Part shown: piece after piece, positions 23,063-37,311 of the stretch
Numbering within the stretch: position 1 is the first letter of the stretch
Layout of the letters: every line of letters starts with the position of its first letter
Origin: Macrostomum hystrix
Taxonomy: Eukaryota > Animalia > Platyhelminthes
Length of the DNA stretch: 64,000 bases
Direction of reading: 5' to 3'
Assembly (NCBI GenBank): GCA_950097015.1
Contig: CATNEN010000038.1
Span: forward strand, 12,090,001-12,154,000
Made by a program: the position numbers and the translations under genes
Notes under the pieces: generated by a model
What the model was told of the DNA's origin: nothing
What the model saw: only the letters and a program-made list of their open reading frames with translations
Databases searched by the model: none

Positions 23063-24286
23063 ATGTACTGCATGAACAATGGGATTTGAGAAGTGAAAAA
23101 AGGTGCAGCAGTTGATTAAAAAATTATATTTTTTTGACCACTCATATTCTAGCAATAAAAATGAAGAATTGAACGTTAGAGAAAGAGAAATATAGACTCA
23201 AATGTTTATTGGTAATGTGTAATTAAATCTTAAAGAAAAAAGTTTATTTCTGTTATAAAATAACAAAATTAACAAAATGAATGAAAATAAAAATACATCA
23301 CTGGTCGAAAAAATAACAGCTTAAAAGAAAAACTGAAATGACGATTAAATCATTTCTTTTAGATGACAATTTTTACATGCAAGGACAAGGGTTAGAAACA
23401 TTGAGATTCATAACCTTCGTTGTGGTTTACCTTAAGTTAGTTTTAAAGCAGGCTTTTAGCAAATGTTATTTAAAAGAATCTGTATGACCATTATGCACAC
23501 TGAAGGTTATCAAATAGAAAAAAGTTGTTCACATTTATGATTGTATCAAAATAAGACACTGCGAGTTGAGATTTTTTGTTAGAAAGCATGCAACTTCTGG
23601 CGCGAATTTGAATTAAAAAAATTGTAAAAAAAATTGAAAAATGATTGGGGAAATCTTTTCAGCATTCACAGATTTCTTATTTTACATCATATATATTTTA
23701 TATTTTGGCAAGCTGATCAATTATTAATTGTGAGTTTTGTGGTGAACAGTAGAAAGACAACGGTACTTTCCCCTGGGGAAAATATCCACTGCCTACTTCA
23801 CAATAGCTCTCATACCGGATGACCGATTTTTGTAAAAGACGACCATATGGATAAAAATTTTATGACCTTTACAATAACTTTCAAAGCCGTCAGATGCGAG
23901 CATCGTCTAGATATTCATCGATTCTTGCCAAAGACCCTGGAGACAAGGACAACTAAGATTGTTCTGTATAAGCTAGGAGTGTTCGGGGTTCGGGGTCGGG
24001 TCGGGTTTTGGTACCGGGGTCAGGGTTTCCGGGTTTTTTATTTCATTATCGGTTTTGTGCATTATTGCCTTATTACGTGATAAAGCGTCTTTCAAAATCG
24101 CGCTAATTCAATTTTTTGCTGAACTGAACTGACGTAACTGCACACTGCACTAATAAATTAATAATCGTGATAAGTAAATCATTCTGATGCAAGTATATAT
24201 TATAAATAAATCGATAAGCCTCTATGGCGAATTTATAATTGGCTCAATACTATTAATAAACAATAATAGCTGACATAGTTTCATGA

Positions 24287-24591
24287 GAGGTTGTAGCCTA
24301 GTGGTTAGAGCGTCGGACTCACGACTTGAAGGTCGGGGGTTCGATTCCCGACTCCACTGAAACAACTTGTGTCCTTTAGCAAGCCACTTAACTCTGCATT
24401 TCTTCAGTTCACCCAGCTGTTAAATGGGTACCAGCATCAGCTGGGATAATTGAAGGTGGGTGTGGCGTCCCCCCAGTCCATGGACTGAACAGCTGTACGC
24501 AGCCTTCAGATGCGCCGCGCATTAGCTGCGGCTGTGCTGACGGCTGCACATCTGAACCAATTGGGGCAGGTGTAATCAATTATAATTATTA
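24287..24591 (+). mobile_element. Full-length tRNA-derived SINE family A
   Basis: A box TAGCCTAGTGG, B box GGTTCGATTCC, CORE-like TGTGTCCTTTAGCAAGCCACTTAAC...CACCCAGCTGTTAAATGGGTACC, AT-rich tail. TSD TTTCATGA at 24279-24286 and 24592-24599. Confidence 0.9.
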
Positions 24592-24632
24592 TTTCATGAT
24601 GAAATTTTGTAGCAGAAAAACTATGCCTATAT

Positions 24633-25837
24633 CAGGGGTAGGCAAACTTATTTGCTGGCGGGCCAAAGAGAGAGCCTAAAAGACGACAGCGGGCCGCATT
24701 GACTGTATAAATATGAGATAGGAGAGATGAGACACAGGAAATATGGGACATGAGAGAGATGAGACACGGGAGAGATGAGACACGAGAGAGATGAGACACG
24801 GGAGAGATTAGACACGGGAGAGATTAGACACGGGAGAGATTAGACACGGGAGAGATTAGACACGGGAGAGATTAGACACGGGAGAAATTAGACACGGGAG
24901 AGATTAGACACGGGAGAGATTAGACACGGGAGAGATGAGACACGGGAGAGATGAGACACGGGAGAGATAAGATGGGAGAGATTAGACGCGGGAGAGATTA
25001 GACACGGGAGAGATTAGACACAGGAGAGATGAGACACAAGAGAGATGAGACACGGGAGAGATAAGATAGGGAGAGATTAGACGCGGGAGAGATTAGACAC
25101 AGGAGAGATGAGACACGAGAGAGATGAGACACGGGAGAGATTAGACACGGGAGAGATTAGACACGGGAGAGATTAGACACGGGAGAGATTAGACACGGGA
25201 GAGATTAGACACGGGAGAGATGAGACACGGGAGAGATGAGACACGGGAGAGATAAGATGGGAGAGATTAGACGCGGGAGAGATTAGACACGGGAGAGATT
25301 AGACACAGGAGAGATGAGACACGGGAGAGATGAGACACGGGAGAGATAAGATGGGAGAGATTAGACGCGGGAGAGATTAGACACGGGAGAGATTAGACAC
25401 GGGAGAGATGAGACACGGGAGAGATGAGACACGGGAGAGATAAGATGGGAGAGATTAGACGCGGGAGAGATTAGACACGGGAGAGATTAGACACAGGAGA
25501 GATGAGACACAAGAGAGATGAGACACGGGAGAGATAAGATAGGGAGAGATTAGACGCGGGAGAGATTAGACACAGGAGAGATGAGACACGAGAGAGATGA
25601 GACACGGGAGAGATAAGATAGGGAGAGATTAGACGCGGGAGAGATTAGACACAGGAGAGATGAGACACGAGAGAGATGAGACACGGGAGAGATAAGATAG
25701 GGAGAGATTAGACGCGGGAGAGATTAGACACGGGAGACATGAAACAGGACACTGTAGATGTCAGAAGGGGCAACGGGCCGGATTTGGGAGCTTAGAGGGC
25801 CGCATCTGGCCCGCGGGCCGGAGTTTGCCGACCCCTG
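24633..25837. mobile_element. Non-autonomous hAT (Charlie-like) transposon with an internal 16-bp minisatellite
   Basis: TIRs CAGGGGTAGGCAAACT / AGTTTGCCGACCCCTG, exact 8-bp TSD GCCTATAT (24625-24632, 25838-25845), and subterminal GCGGGCC/GGCCCGC motifs. Confidence 0.92.
24720..25745. repeat. 16-bp minisatellite (ACACGGGAGAGATTAG) inside the hAT element
   Basis: Tandem units are visible. Confidence 0.95.
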
Positions 25838-26032
25838 GCCTATATAGTCGGTTTCTGCCACTAGACACCCCCGACGAGAATGGCTGAACATCTCGACAAT
25901 GTCGATTTTTTATTCGGGAGTTTTCTTTTATCGGATTGGAGCGGAAATTCCACCCGTGTTCTTTCTACTGTAAATGAAAACCACACGGAGATGTTGAAGA
26001 TCAAGCTGACAGGAGACAGGATTGACAGTCAA

Positions 26033-28543
26033 TCAAGCGTCCACCGGATCACGGCACTGGCCGCAGTTGTCGACAGCCGACCCGGTGGCGCCCAGCCGTT
26101 CGACCTGCACCGTGACTTCGTGAACTCGAAATCGACTGCGAACTAGTCTAGTGGCCGTCTGCAACACCAGCTGACTGTCGGCATTGTCGGCGATGGCCAA
26201 GTGGGTGCTCAGAGCTGTGCGGGACACCGAGATGCTCCATAAGCGAAGACTGTGGACTCGCACGACTCCATTGACTGAGGCCAGCGCGGCTGCTACGGCA
26301 TCGAAGTCTAGACCTCTTCAGGATTGCGCAATATGGTTAGAGACATTGTGAAAGTAACGATTAGCGATAAAACTAACGATAAACGAGGAAATATAATGGT
26401 TATATTATACAACTACAGATGATTAACTGAGACGGAATACTAATTCTTGAAACTAGCGATTTAAGCCTGAAACTAAAGAATTAACGCTGAAAATAACGTT
26501 TTCTTGCTTTCATAAACTAACGATTGCTACCTGAAACTAACAACTTTTTAACCGAAAATAACTGTTATTTCTTGAATGAAGTTTCGTTCATAACGGGATA
26601 GAAACGAGAATCGACTGGATGCAATAATAACGGCTCGAAAGTATCGATTTAAGCTAAAACTAACGATTACTGATTAACAGCAGGCCGAAAACCAACGTTT
26701 CAAACCCATAATTCTTGTTGACATACGCTGAAACCGCAATTACCTCGGCGCCGCTTCCATCAGGACACGTAGAGCGTCTCGGATGATGGCGAATGTGGTC
26801 ATCAGTACCAGCACCGAGAACAAGAAGGTGCAGATGGGATCAGCAATGCGCCAATCGGGCCTGTAGTAGATCAAGTAAGCCGCGCTCAGCACTCCTACAC
26901 TCTGCAGCAGGTCGCCAATCACGTGTACAAAAGCCGCCCTCACGTTGATGTTCTGCTCGGCCGGGGCGTCTCCGTCCTGATGCGAATGAGAATGCTGGTG
27001 CAGGGTGAGCGCCATCAGGATGTTCACTGCTACGCCTACGGCGCTAGTGATGAGCATGACGCGGCCGTCAACTTCGAAACTGCCCGTGCGGACTCGATCG
27101 ATGGCTAGGAATACCAGGATCTGAAAGATGGGATCAGGCGGATGAATGGTATCAGTGAGAGGATGAGATCAGAGAGGGGTGGGATTAGGAAAGGATTGGA
27201 TCAAGGAGAGGATGGGATCAGGGAGAGGATGGGATCAGGGAGATGATGGGATCAGAGAGAGAATGGGAACATGGAGAAGAGGGGGGATCACGGAGAATAT
27301 GGGATCAGGCAGAGGATGGGATAAGGGAGAGGATGGGATCACGGAGAAGAAGGGGTCACGGAGAAGATAGGATCAGGGAGACGATGGGATCAGGAGAGGA
27401 TGGGATCAGGGAGAGGATGGAATCAATGAGAGGATGGGATCAATGAGAGGATGGGATCAATAAGAGGATGGGATCAATGAGAGGATGGGATCAATGAGAG
27501 GATGGAATCATTGAGAGGATGGGATCAATGAGAGGATGGGATCAATGAGAGGATGGGATCAATGAGAGGATGGGATCAATGAGAGGATGGGATCAATGAG
27601 AGGATTGGATCAGGGAGAGGATGGGATCAATGAGAGGATGGGATCAGGGAGAGGATGGGATCAATAAGAGGATAGGATCAGGGAGAAAATGGGATCAATG
27701 AGAGGATGGGATCAATAAGAGGATAGGATCAGGGAGAGGATGGGATCAATGAGAGGATGGGATCAATGAGAGGATGGGATCAATGAGAGGATGGGATCAG
27801 GGAGAGGATGGGATCAGGGAGAGGATGGGATCAATAAGAGGATAGGATCAGGGAGAGGATGGGATCAATGAGAGGATGGGATCAATGAGAGGATGGGATC
27901 AGGGAGAGGATGGGATCAGGGAGAGGGTGGTATCAGGGAGAGGATGGGATCAAGGACATGACGGAATCAGGGAGACTAGCTATAGGATCAGAAAGGGATG
28001 GGATCAGGTAGAGAATGGGATCAGAGAGGGGATGGCATCAAGGACATGATGGGATCAGAGAGACTAGCTATGGGATCAGGAAAAGATGAAAAAAAATTCT
28101 CAAAACATGGAACGCGAGCTGTCAAAAAAACCTACCCCAGTAACAAGCCAGATCATCAGCACAGACACCAGGGCGCCGAGCACCTCAGCCCGATGCCAGC
28201 CGAAGCTGTAGCGTTTGCTAGGCCGCCTACCGGCCAGGTAAATGGCCAGAAGGCTGATCATGAAGCTGGCAAAGTCGGTCAGCAGGTGGGCAGCATCAGT
28301 CATGATGGCCAGGCTGTTAGCCAGGGCGCCACCAACAATTTCTCCGGCCATGAATAGCAGGCAGAGGATGGAGGCCAGGACTAGGCGACGCTGGGCTGAG
28401 CGCTGCTGCACAATGGCCGCAGCGTCGAACTCAGCATCGTGACAATGAATGTCGTCTGGCAATTCAGCATCTGTTGAGTCTTGCACAAGTGGCGAAAAAT
28501 CGTCGGATACACCAACTGGAACACTAGTTGAGGGACTGCTAGC
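26033..28543 (-). CDS. SLC30A2: Cation diffusion facilitator zinc transporter, ZnT2/3/8-like (SLC30); start-codon exon not identified
   Basis: Exons 28543-28136, 27120-26744 and 26315-26033 are in phase. Motifs HCH, SLAIMTDAAHLLTD, FGWHRAEVLGALVSV, His loop HQHSHSH, NVRAAFVHVIGD, ADPICTF, TVQVE and C-terminal CxxC. Confidence 0.92.
27125..28085. repeat. 17-bp purine-rich minisatellite (GAGAGGATGGGATCAAT) filling a ZnT intron
   Basis: Tandem units are visible. Confidence 0.94.
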
Positions 28544-31477
28544 CTGAAGTTTAATATGTTTCTGATTTACTTTTTATGCCAATTTATAATAGCAATCTAG
28601 ACATTTAAATTAGGGATCATGAGTGTAAAAGTATTTTGCGGGCAGAATTTCGCTCTAACTAGACACTACAGACACTATGATATTCATTTAGCTATCTTTT
28701 TGTAAATAAATAGCTTACTAATATTAGTTCTCAATTGTACATTATAATATCATGTGTTATATTATTAAAATTCACTTTTTGTTACTTTATTACATTATAA
28801 CATATTATATTTAAAGTTTTAGAAAGCTAGTTTTCCTAGCTAATGTAGTAGCGAGGAATTTTTCTGTAAATCAAATCTGTACCAATATTTTGTTTTAATG
28901 TTTAACTAGTCTAATATTATTTATGTACAAAGTGTTATGAATATTCTGTGAAATTTACTCATTTCAACAAAAATATTTCTGTGCTTATAAGTGGTTGCAA
29001 TTTCTGTGTAACAAGACAACTTGCCAGTGAGGCATACAAGCCTGATTCAGTAATACAGTTGTGCTAAAATAGTGAATTGATCCTGGAAAAGTGTTCCAAC
29101 GTGTTAGTTCTTTTGTTTGAGTTTGAGTTTGTGACCCTGCAATCCAGGAGAGCCCTGAAGACTGGGAGTCAAAGACCTTAGAGTTGTGCCATAAGAGTCG
29201 CTACCATTAGATTGTTAAGCCCACAGAGATAAGAATAGCAGGATATTAAAAAGTTAAAATGGTCATTTTTAGGGACACCAGTTAAAAGCATAGGAAAATA
29301 TGCTCAGTTTAAACTTAAATTATACACTTTCTCTCATAGTCAAGACATGACAAAGTATGACATTTTTAAACAAAATGTCCATTGGCAAAGTTATAATAAG
29401 TGTAAAAAACTTAATAATTTAGTTAACAGGACATGATTTTTCGGAAAATGCCATATATTTTGTTTAGAAAATAGTTTGAATATAATTAATTCTGTGCAAT
29501 ATGCATCTCTAATTATAAATTATTATGCTGATGAGCAACTTTTTTCTATTAATTTTCGCATCTAGAACAAGCATCACACAAAGATTGTATTTAAATAGCT
29601 ACCTGTAGTAGCTAATTTAACTCAAATCCAACTCTTTAAATACAGCTTAGTATATCATGACACATGAATAAGCTATATTAGTCATATGTTTGAATTTTAT
29701 TAGTAATCGGCATATCTATTGTAAGCACGCCATTGTGATCTGCCAGCGAAACATTCGTGACACATTATCAGCGAATCAGGTAGGTCTAGTAACTTTATAT
29801 TTATCGTACTTTCATAAAACTGCGTGGAGCGTCGATCTGAGTGGGTTAGAGAAAAGCGATATTTTAAAGAAGTTAAAATGTGTTTTCGCATGTTTATAAA
29901 ACAAAAAATTATTGGATAACGTATAATTTTTATGAGAAAAGCGTTCTATATTTTTTTAACTATTTAACTGACGCCATTTATTTCTCCTTGAGTTTTTTCT
30001 TACATTTTTGCTTTACTACACCACAAAAAATATAACATTCACGCAGACCTGCTGTTTGCAAATAGAGAAACATATTTATTGATTATATCGAGGCATATGT
30101 AATATGATTTTAAGTCGAGGCATACGTCAAATTCAACCAACAAAAAACACCAAGAAGCAGCGTCGGATGGTGTGCAATTGTGCGAATTGTGCCATTGTGC
30201 GAAACCAAATTAAGTCTAACACATCTAGATTGATTTTACTTAGCTGGACGATCGATTTAAATGGTCGATCTACACGATCTACACCTACAAAGTCACAATT
30301 ATTTTTTGCTATTGGGAGCTGAGCTAACCCGCCAAGTAGGCCTGCATTAGTCAACCATCGAAGGGGAACGAGCCACGTTCTAGCTGAAAATCCAGTTGAT
30401 GCAGTGCTTCCACCGATAGGATGTCCATGCATTTTACCTGTTTCGGTGTCGATGCGTCGATTGGCATGGAACTGCATATCCCGCAATCATTTTGCGTTGA
30501 GGCAAGGCCTTACATACTATCCCGCTATACTATTTTTATAGCTTCATCGGAGCTATAAACATGAATTAACACATGCACACCCAAGTGCAGATCATCAACC
30601 TACTAAGATTACAATAAAACTGAAGTAAATCTCATGAATGTCATTAATTTGCTATTGCAATTGGGTGCTTACCAATCAGACCTGTGAATAACACGTTCTG
30701 TTCAATAAAGCATAGCAGTTTATTGTTTTATTCGAATGAACATTATAGCTCTTTATTCATATATTAGGATCGAGCTACTGCGAGATGATATGTAATCAAA
30801 TTTAAACAAACATTTTTAACATCCTTTAACAGAATGAAAATATTCTGCTTTTGCTATATTGCAATAGATTGTGAGAAATAAATACATTCTTTAGCAGCAG
30901 CTGGTTAAAGTACTAATTAGTACATTGGTTTTGAGATAATGTGAAATAACCTCGACGGAATATCTATAAATTGATAAAAATATGGAATAGAATATTTGAA
31001 ATTCATATTCATAGTGAAACATTCGGCGCCAAATGTTAAACATCTCACTGCCGACGTCATAATAATGTAGGAATAATGCGAAAATGAGAAAGCAAACAGT
31101 TTCAAGAAAGAAATAAAAACTGTACCCTTCTGATAAATAAAGCATGTTTGCGTCTAGAAAGATATTCTACTGTGAAATAAATATAAAACCGTGAAATAAT
31201 GGCCACTAGCGAATAGAAACTCAAAGAAACTCAGAGAAAAGGCATTTTTAAGCATGCATTGAACGCGCATTCGAAATTACAATTAGAAAAGTGTACCATT
31301 TTATTTATTCTAATGTTGGTTGCAGCATGTGCTCCTTAATTTCTCATTGTTTGTACGTTTATTAGCTATATACCTTAGTGTATGGTTACTAAACTCGTCC
31401 TAATTATTTCGGAAAATTTCGAGAATAAAAGCATCAAGTTCTCGTCCTTGCGTATATTGTTGTTTGTCCTTTTAATT

Positions 31478-34400
31478 TTACTCAGTTTTTTCAGCGACGT
31501 CTTCGCTTCCGACCGCGCCTTTTGTGCTGGCGGCGTCGTCACTCCCCTGAGTCTCGCCCGTCACCACCATGAAGATCTTCTGCAGGGCCAGAGTCACGTG
31601 ATTGTAGCGGCGCTGGAATGCGGCCGGCTTGCGCTTCCAGGCCACGCAGAGGAAGTACACAGGGGCGCCGATTGCGATGAAGCCCAGACACTTTAGGCTC
31701 TGGTCCGGCGCCTGGTAGATCGTCATGGCAACCAGGCCAAAACACCAGATTAGCACGAATATCGGGATGGGCAGCGGTATCCTGATTGGCCGATGCAGGT
31801 TTGGCTGAGAATAGCGCAGGTACAGCAGTGACGACATTGTAAGCGTTAGGATGATGTTGAACGCGAAGCCCAGCAGGTTAATTAGGGTCCATATGTCCGC
31901 AAGGAAGAGCAAAGCCAGGGAGATTACCAGCTGCGGGTGTGCGGTGATAAGAAAACAAAAATCATAGTTCATTCTGTACCCTGAGCTATCAGCTCGATCC
32001 TTTAATCTATTAAACGAGCATTCATTTCATATAATAGACACTGACACAAATCCATCACCAAAACATCGAATGTACGCGGTCGAACATTCGTCACCTCTTA
32101 CCTCGAATGTACGCGGTGGAAAATCCGTCACCTCTACCCCAAATGTACGCGATGGAAAATCTGTCCACCTCTACCCAAATGTACGCGATGGAAAATCCGT
32201 CCACCTCTACCCCGAATGTACGCGATGGAAAATCCGTCACCTCTACCCCAAATGTACGCGATGGAAAATCCGTCAACTCTACCCCAAATGTACGCGATGG
32301 AAAATCCGTCCACCTCTACCCAAATGTAAGCGGTGGAAAATCCGTCCACCTCTACCCCGAATGAACGCGGTGGAAAATCCGTCCACCTCTACCCCGAATG
32401 TACGCGATGGAAAATCCGTCACCTCTACCCCGAATGTACGCGATGGAAAATCCGTCACCTCTACCCCGAATGAACGCGGTGGAAAATCCGTCCACCTCTA
32501 CCCGAATGTACGCGATGGAAAATCCGTCCATTTCTACCCGAATGTAAGCGGTGGAAAATCCGTCACCTCTACCCGAATGTAAGCGGTGGAAAATCCGTCC
32601 ACCTCTACCCGAATGTACGCGATGGAAAATCCGTCCACCTCTACCCGAATGAACGCGGTGGAAAATCCGTCCACCTCTACCCCGAATGTACGCTGTGGAA
32701 CATCCTTAACTTCTACCCGAATGAACACTGACGAAAATCCTTAACCGCTCATCTCATCCTTAATCTCATATGTACACTGGCCGAAATTCTGTCTTCTCCA
32801 CATCGAATGTACACCAGCGAATATCCGATGCATCTAGGCAGAATGTACACTGATAAAATCAGTTATATTTTCCCACAACATCATCGTCCGATTTCGTAAG
32901 AAAGAAAAAATCTTATGCGCCCCAGCAAGATATTTAACCCAGCCTTCTCCTATGAAAGTATATTAGAAAACCCACCATGACAATCAGGGACGGGAGCGGA
33001 GTAAGCTGCTTGAAGCTGATCATGGCCAGAAACTCCGGCAGTTGTCCCTCCCGAGCGCCAACGTAGAACACGCGCGAGATGCTCATTGTGCCACCGTTGA
33101 TGGCGCCGAAAACGGAGATGGCTACAAATAGTGGCATCAGAAAGGCAGCAGGACCCATTTTGTCATTAGCAAAGGTGATGGCCACGGCATTGGAAGAGAT
33201 TATCTGTTCAGGCGACAGCACCGCTGCGTAGGCGATGTTGGCTAGCAGGTAGACGGACGTCACTATGGTGATGCTGATCACTATGGCCAGCGGCAGATTG
33301 CGGTAGGGATTCTGGAGCTCCTCGATTAGGAAATTCAGATAGTTCCTGAGGAAATAGCGGTTTTAATGAGGCATTTACGGCCAGAATTTAGCTGATAATT
33401 CGAATTCCGCGGAAAGCTATCGGATTATCAGGTAGACTTTTGGATAATAGTTTAGAAGATCAGGTGACTATAAAATTATCAGGTAAAGATTATTGGTTTG
33501 ACTGTCTGATTATCAGTTAAGCTAATCGGCGTCTTAGTTATACTATAGTACTTTCAGAGTGATTATTGCGCAGTCACTAGTGACAATGAGGTCGGCTTCA
33601 GGTGGGTTATCGGATGTTTAGGTAGGGTCACCGGATGTTCAGGTGGGGCTATCGAATGTTTAGGTAGGGTTATCGAATGTTCAGGTAGGGTTATCGAATG
33701 TTTAGGTAGGGTTATCGCATGTTCAGGTAGGGTTATCGGATGTTCAGCTTGATCACTTATATCAGGAGTTGAATATTTATGTTTTCTAGCCCTCAGGTAA
33801 ACGCAATATTTATTTCATAGCAGACAATCATGCTACTTGTTAGTAGGATGAAATGTACAATAGAGCATAAAAACAAAACATTTGCACTGCTTTGCTCACC
33901 AGCCTCCGTAGGCCCAAAATCCGGCGTAGAATCCGAAAGCCAAAGTTTTGCCATTGATATCCGAGCCCTCGAATGAGTCCTGAAGATTGCTGCTGTAGCC
34001 TGACGGATAAATAAGTAACGGATTAACGATTTAACAGACTTACAGATATTGAGTAAATTACTAACTATATAAAGGACTAGATGATAAAATGATTAACGGA
34101 TTAATGGATTTACGTATTGTCCGATTAACTGATTAATGTAGTAACGGACTAACGGATTAACGGACTACCAAATTACTATCCAAAGGCAACTAATAACAAG
34201 CAAGTTAGCCTACTGTTGCTCTCACGCGTTTATCAAAAGTGCTTTTGCAGTAAACAGACTGTCTTATTTACGAGTATAAATCTGTACGACCACGAACTTC
34301 TGTATCTATAATTAGTTTCGCACGCTGAACTAAGGTTATTGTAAGCCAGAACTCATTGCTATTAAATCTAGCCTGTTTTTGTCATACTGACAACACCGTC

Positions 34401-36400
34401 AGCATATCATGTTTTCTTAGATTCTTAGAAAAGCTGAATATAGAATAGCAGCAGCAAAAATCACAGCTAGAATTGCAACGAGAATCGTAGCAATAATTAA
34501 ATCAAGAATAGAAGGAAGAATTTAACCAGGAATCGCAGCTAGAACCGAACAAAGAAAAGCAGCTACGCGATTCAGTTAATAAAATCAATTGTACTCGAAT
34601 CGGAAATCTAACAAAGAATCGAACCAAGAACCGCAGCAAGAATCGAATCAAGAATCGAACCCAGAATCGAACTAAGAATCGATTTAACAACCACATAAAG
34701 AATCGCACCAAGAATCGAACCAAGAATCGAACAAATAATCGAACCAAGAATCAAACCAAGAATCGATTAAAGAACCACAGAAAAAATCGCACCAAGAATT
34801 GAACCAAGAATCGCAGCAAGAATCGCACCAAGAATTGAACCAAAATCGAACAAAGAATCGCAGCAAGAATCGCAGAAAGAATCGAACCAAGAATCGAAGC
34901 AAGAATAGAACAAACAATCGAACCAAGAATCGAACTAAAATCGAACAAAGAATCGCAGCAAGAATCGCAGAAAGAATCGAACCAAGAATCGAAGCAAGAA
35001 TAGAACAAACAATCGAACCAAGAATCGAACTAAAAATCGATTTAAGAAGCGCAAAAGAATCGCACCAAGAATAAAGCAAGAATCGAACAAAGAATCGCAG
35101 CAAGAATCGAAACAAGAATCGAACTAAGAATCGATTTAACAGCCCCATAAAGAATCGCACCAAGAATCGAACCAAGAATCGAACAAATAATCGAACCAAG
35201 AATCAAACCAAGAATCGATTAAAGAACCACAGAAAGAATCGCACCAAGAATCGAACCAAAATCGAACAAAGAATCGCAGCAAGAATCGCAGAAAGAATCG
35301 CACCAAGAATCGCACCAAGAATCGAACCAAGAATCGCAGCAAGAATCGCAGAAAGAATAAAACAAAGAATCGAACCAAGAATCGAACCAAGAATCGCAGC
35401 AAGAATCGCAGAAAGAATAAAACAAAGAATCGAACCAAGAATCGCAGCAAAAAATGCAGAGAGAATAAAACAAAGAATCGAACCAAGAATCGAACCAAGA
35501 ATAGAATTCAGAATCGCAGCTGGAATCGAAGCTAAAAAGGCACGGGCTAGAATGGGTTTTACTATATAATTGCGCATTTGTTAATGTCTCACCATTGCCC
35601 ACATGAATGAAGCCCAGGATGATGATAATCAGCAGGGCCAGCAGTTTGCAGCCCGTGAAGATTATTTGAGTCTTGGCGGCCCACTTCACGTTGATGCAGT
35701 TGATGGCAGTCAGAAGGCCTGAGAATTATTGTTAGGTAGGTTAGTTTGAGTCTACTTGAGTTCTTCCTTATCTGACAGAAACCTAATCAGTATTTGTCGC
35801 CTAAACGCCAGGAAACTAGATTACTGTTCTTAATAGAATTTTCAAGTACCAATTGCTTCTGACAGGAATCGGAGTTTTGCCTCGAGGCGATGAAACTGTG
35901 AGATCACCTTTTGGTTTTTCAATTTACATATCTATGTCAGCCTCGATGCTGTTTTCTTATGACAGGCACAAAACTCAAAGACTATAAGGAAACACTGGAA
36001 GCGAGAATTACGGAGGGCTTCGGGCAATGGTATTATCATTTTGTGACTGTAGATCCGCAGCCAGCGAGGAGGCAATTCTGCTCATTTCGCTGACTCGTGA
36101 GCACACACGCACACATATACTGTACGCAGGCATACGCTCACACAGATGTGTACATCTGCCCTGACTTTCTCATCGTCAGACGACAGTGTACACTCTCACT
36201 GTGCCTTGGGGGTTGGACCTCAAGGGTGTAAATTGCACGAAAGCCATCAAGCCTTCTCTCCGCGGCTGCGCCCCAAATTAATGTGGCCTCGCTACGGAAT
36301 CGAGCTCAGGGACCTTGGCGCGAGAGGCAAACACGTTAACCGCTCTGCCACCGAACCCCCGACTGGTAAAAGACAGGTAGAGTTACTTTTTAAAGAAAAA

Positions 36401-36437
<37 letters not shown>

Positions 36438-36450
36438 TAGACAGACAGGC

Positions 36451-36507
<57 letters not shown>

Positions 36508-36554
36508 GGCAGACAGATAGACAGACAGGCAGACAGACAGACAGACAGGCAGAC

Positions 36555-36635
<81 letters not shown>

Positions 36636-37249
36636 GGCAGACAGATAGACAGACAGGCAGACAGACAGACAGACAGACAGACAGACGGACAGACAGACAG
36701 ACAGACAGGCAGACAGGCAGACAGACAGACAGACGGACAGACGGGCGACTCACTGATGGCGCATGCGCCCAGTAGTTTCTGCGCCCAGGGGTCGGACATG
36801 CAGGCGGTGTCGGGGAAGCCGCGTAGGACGTACTCGGCGAAGATGAGGGCGCTGGCGGCCGTTGGCACGGCGCAGACCATGAAGAAGATTGTCCACAGAG
36901 TGAGGAAGCCGACCAGCGGACCGAAGGCCTCTTTAATGTAGATGTACTCGCCGCCAGATTTTGGAATCGCTACGCCCAACTCAGCGTAGCACAGAGCTCC
37001 GAGGATGCTGAATATGCCGGAGGCGGCCCAGATGCACAGCGATGCGCCAACGGATTTCACCTGCGCGACGGCCGGTGGGATTTCTCTGGTGGGATTTGAT
37101 GAAGCTGATGAAGCTGGGGGGGGGGGGTAAATAAAAAACTGACCTCTCGAATGACGCCAACTGGCGACAAGAAAATGCCACTGCCGATGATGATGCCAAC
37201 TATGACGGCCACTCCGTGAAGTAGTGTGAGGTTCTTCTTCAGAGCTACC

Positions 37250-37281
<32 letters not shown>

Positions 37282-37311
37282 ATCGTTTGTCCCTGAGCCC
37301 GCAGATGCCAT
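31478..37311 (-). CDS. SLC7 L-type/heteromeric amino-acid transporter light chain (LAT/y+LAT/xCT-like), ~507 aa
   Basis: Exons 37311-37144, 37060-36754, 35718-35593, 33999-33900, 33345-32976 and 31930-31478 are in phase. Motifs [25 protein letters not shown], extracellular Cys (PDTAC), [20 protein letters not shown] and AREGQLP. N-terminal poly-Q. Confidence 0.94.
32068..32730. repeat. ~36-37-bp minisatellite (GAATGTACGCGATGGAAAATCCGTCCACCTCTACCCC) in an SLC7 intron
   Basis: Tandem units are visible. Confidence 0.93.
33597..33746. repeat. 21-bp tandem repeat (TCAGGTAGGGTTATCGAATGT)
   Basis: Tandem units are visible. Confidence 0.85.
34610..35520. repeat. 12-bp minisatellite (AAGAATCGAACC) with higher-order blocks
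   Basis: Tandem units are visible. Confidence 0.92.
36001..36360 (-). mobile_element. Near full-length tRNA-derived SINE family B
   Basis: On the minus strand: GGGGGTTCGGTGGCAGAGCGG (A box)...GAGCTCGATTCC (B box)...GTGTACAC hairpin...GCCTCCTCGCTGGC. Confidence 0.85.
36401..36742. repeat. (GACA)n microsatellite
   Basis: Directly visible. Confidence 0.97.

Noticed and set aside
24287-24360. tRNA-Val(CAC)-like gene (also 8188 and 14763)
   Set aside because: It continues into a shared ~230-bp body with an AT tail and TSD, so it is a SINE head and not a tRNA gene.
36145-36195. Hammerhead ribozyme in SINE B (CTGACGATGAGAAA on the minus strand)
   Set aside because: There is no stem II between CUGANGA and GAAA and no stem III/NUH arrangement. 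It folds as a simple hairpin (GTGTACA..CTGAC/GTCAG..TGTACAC).
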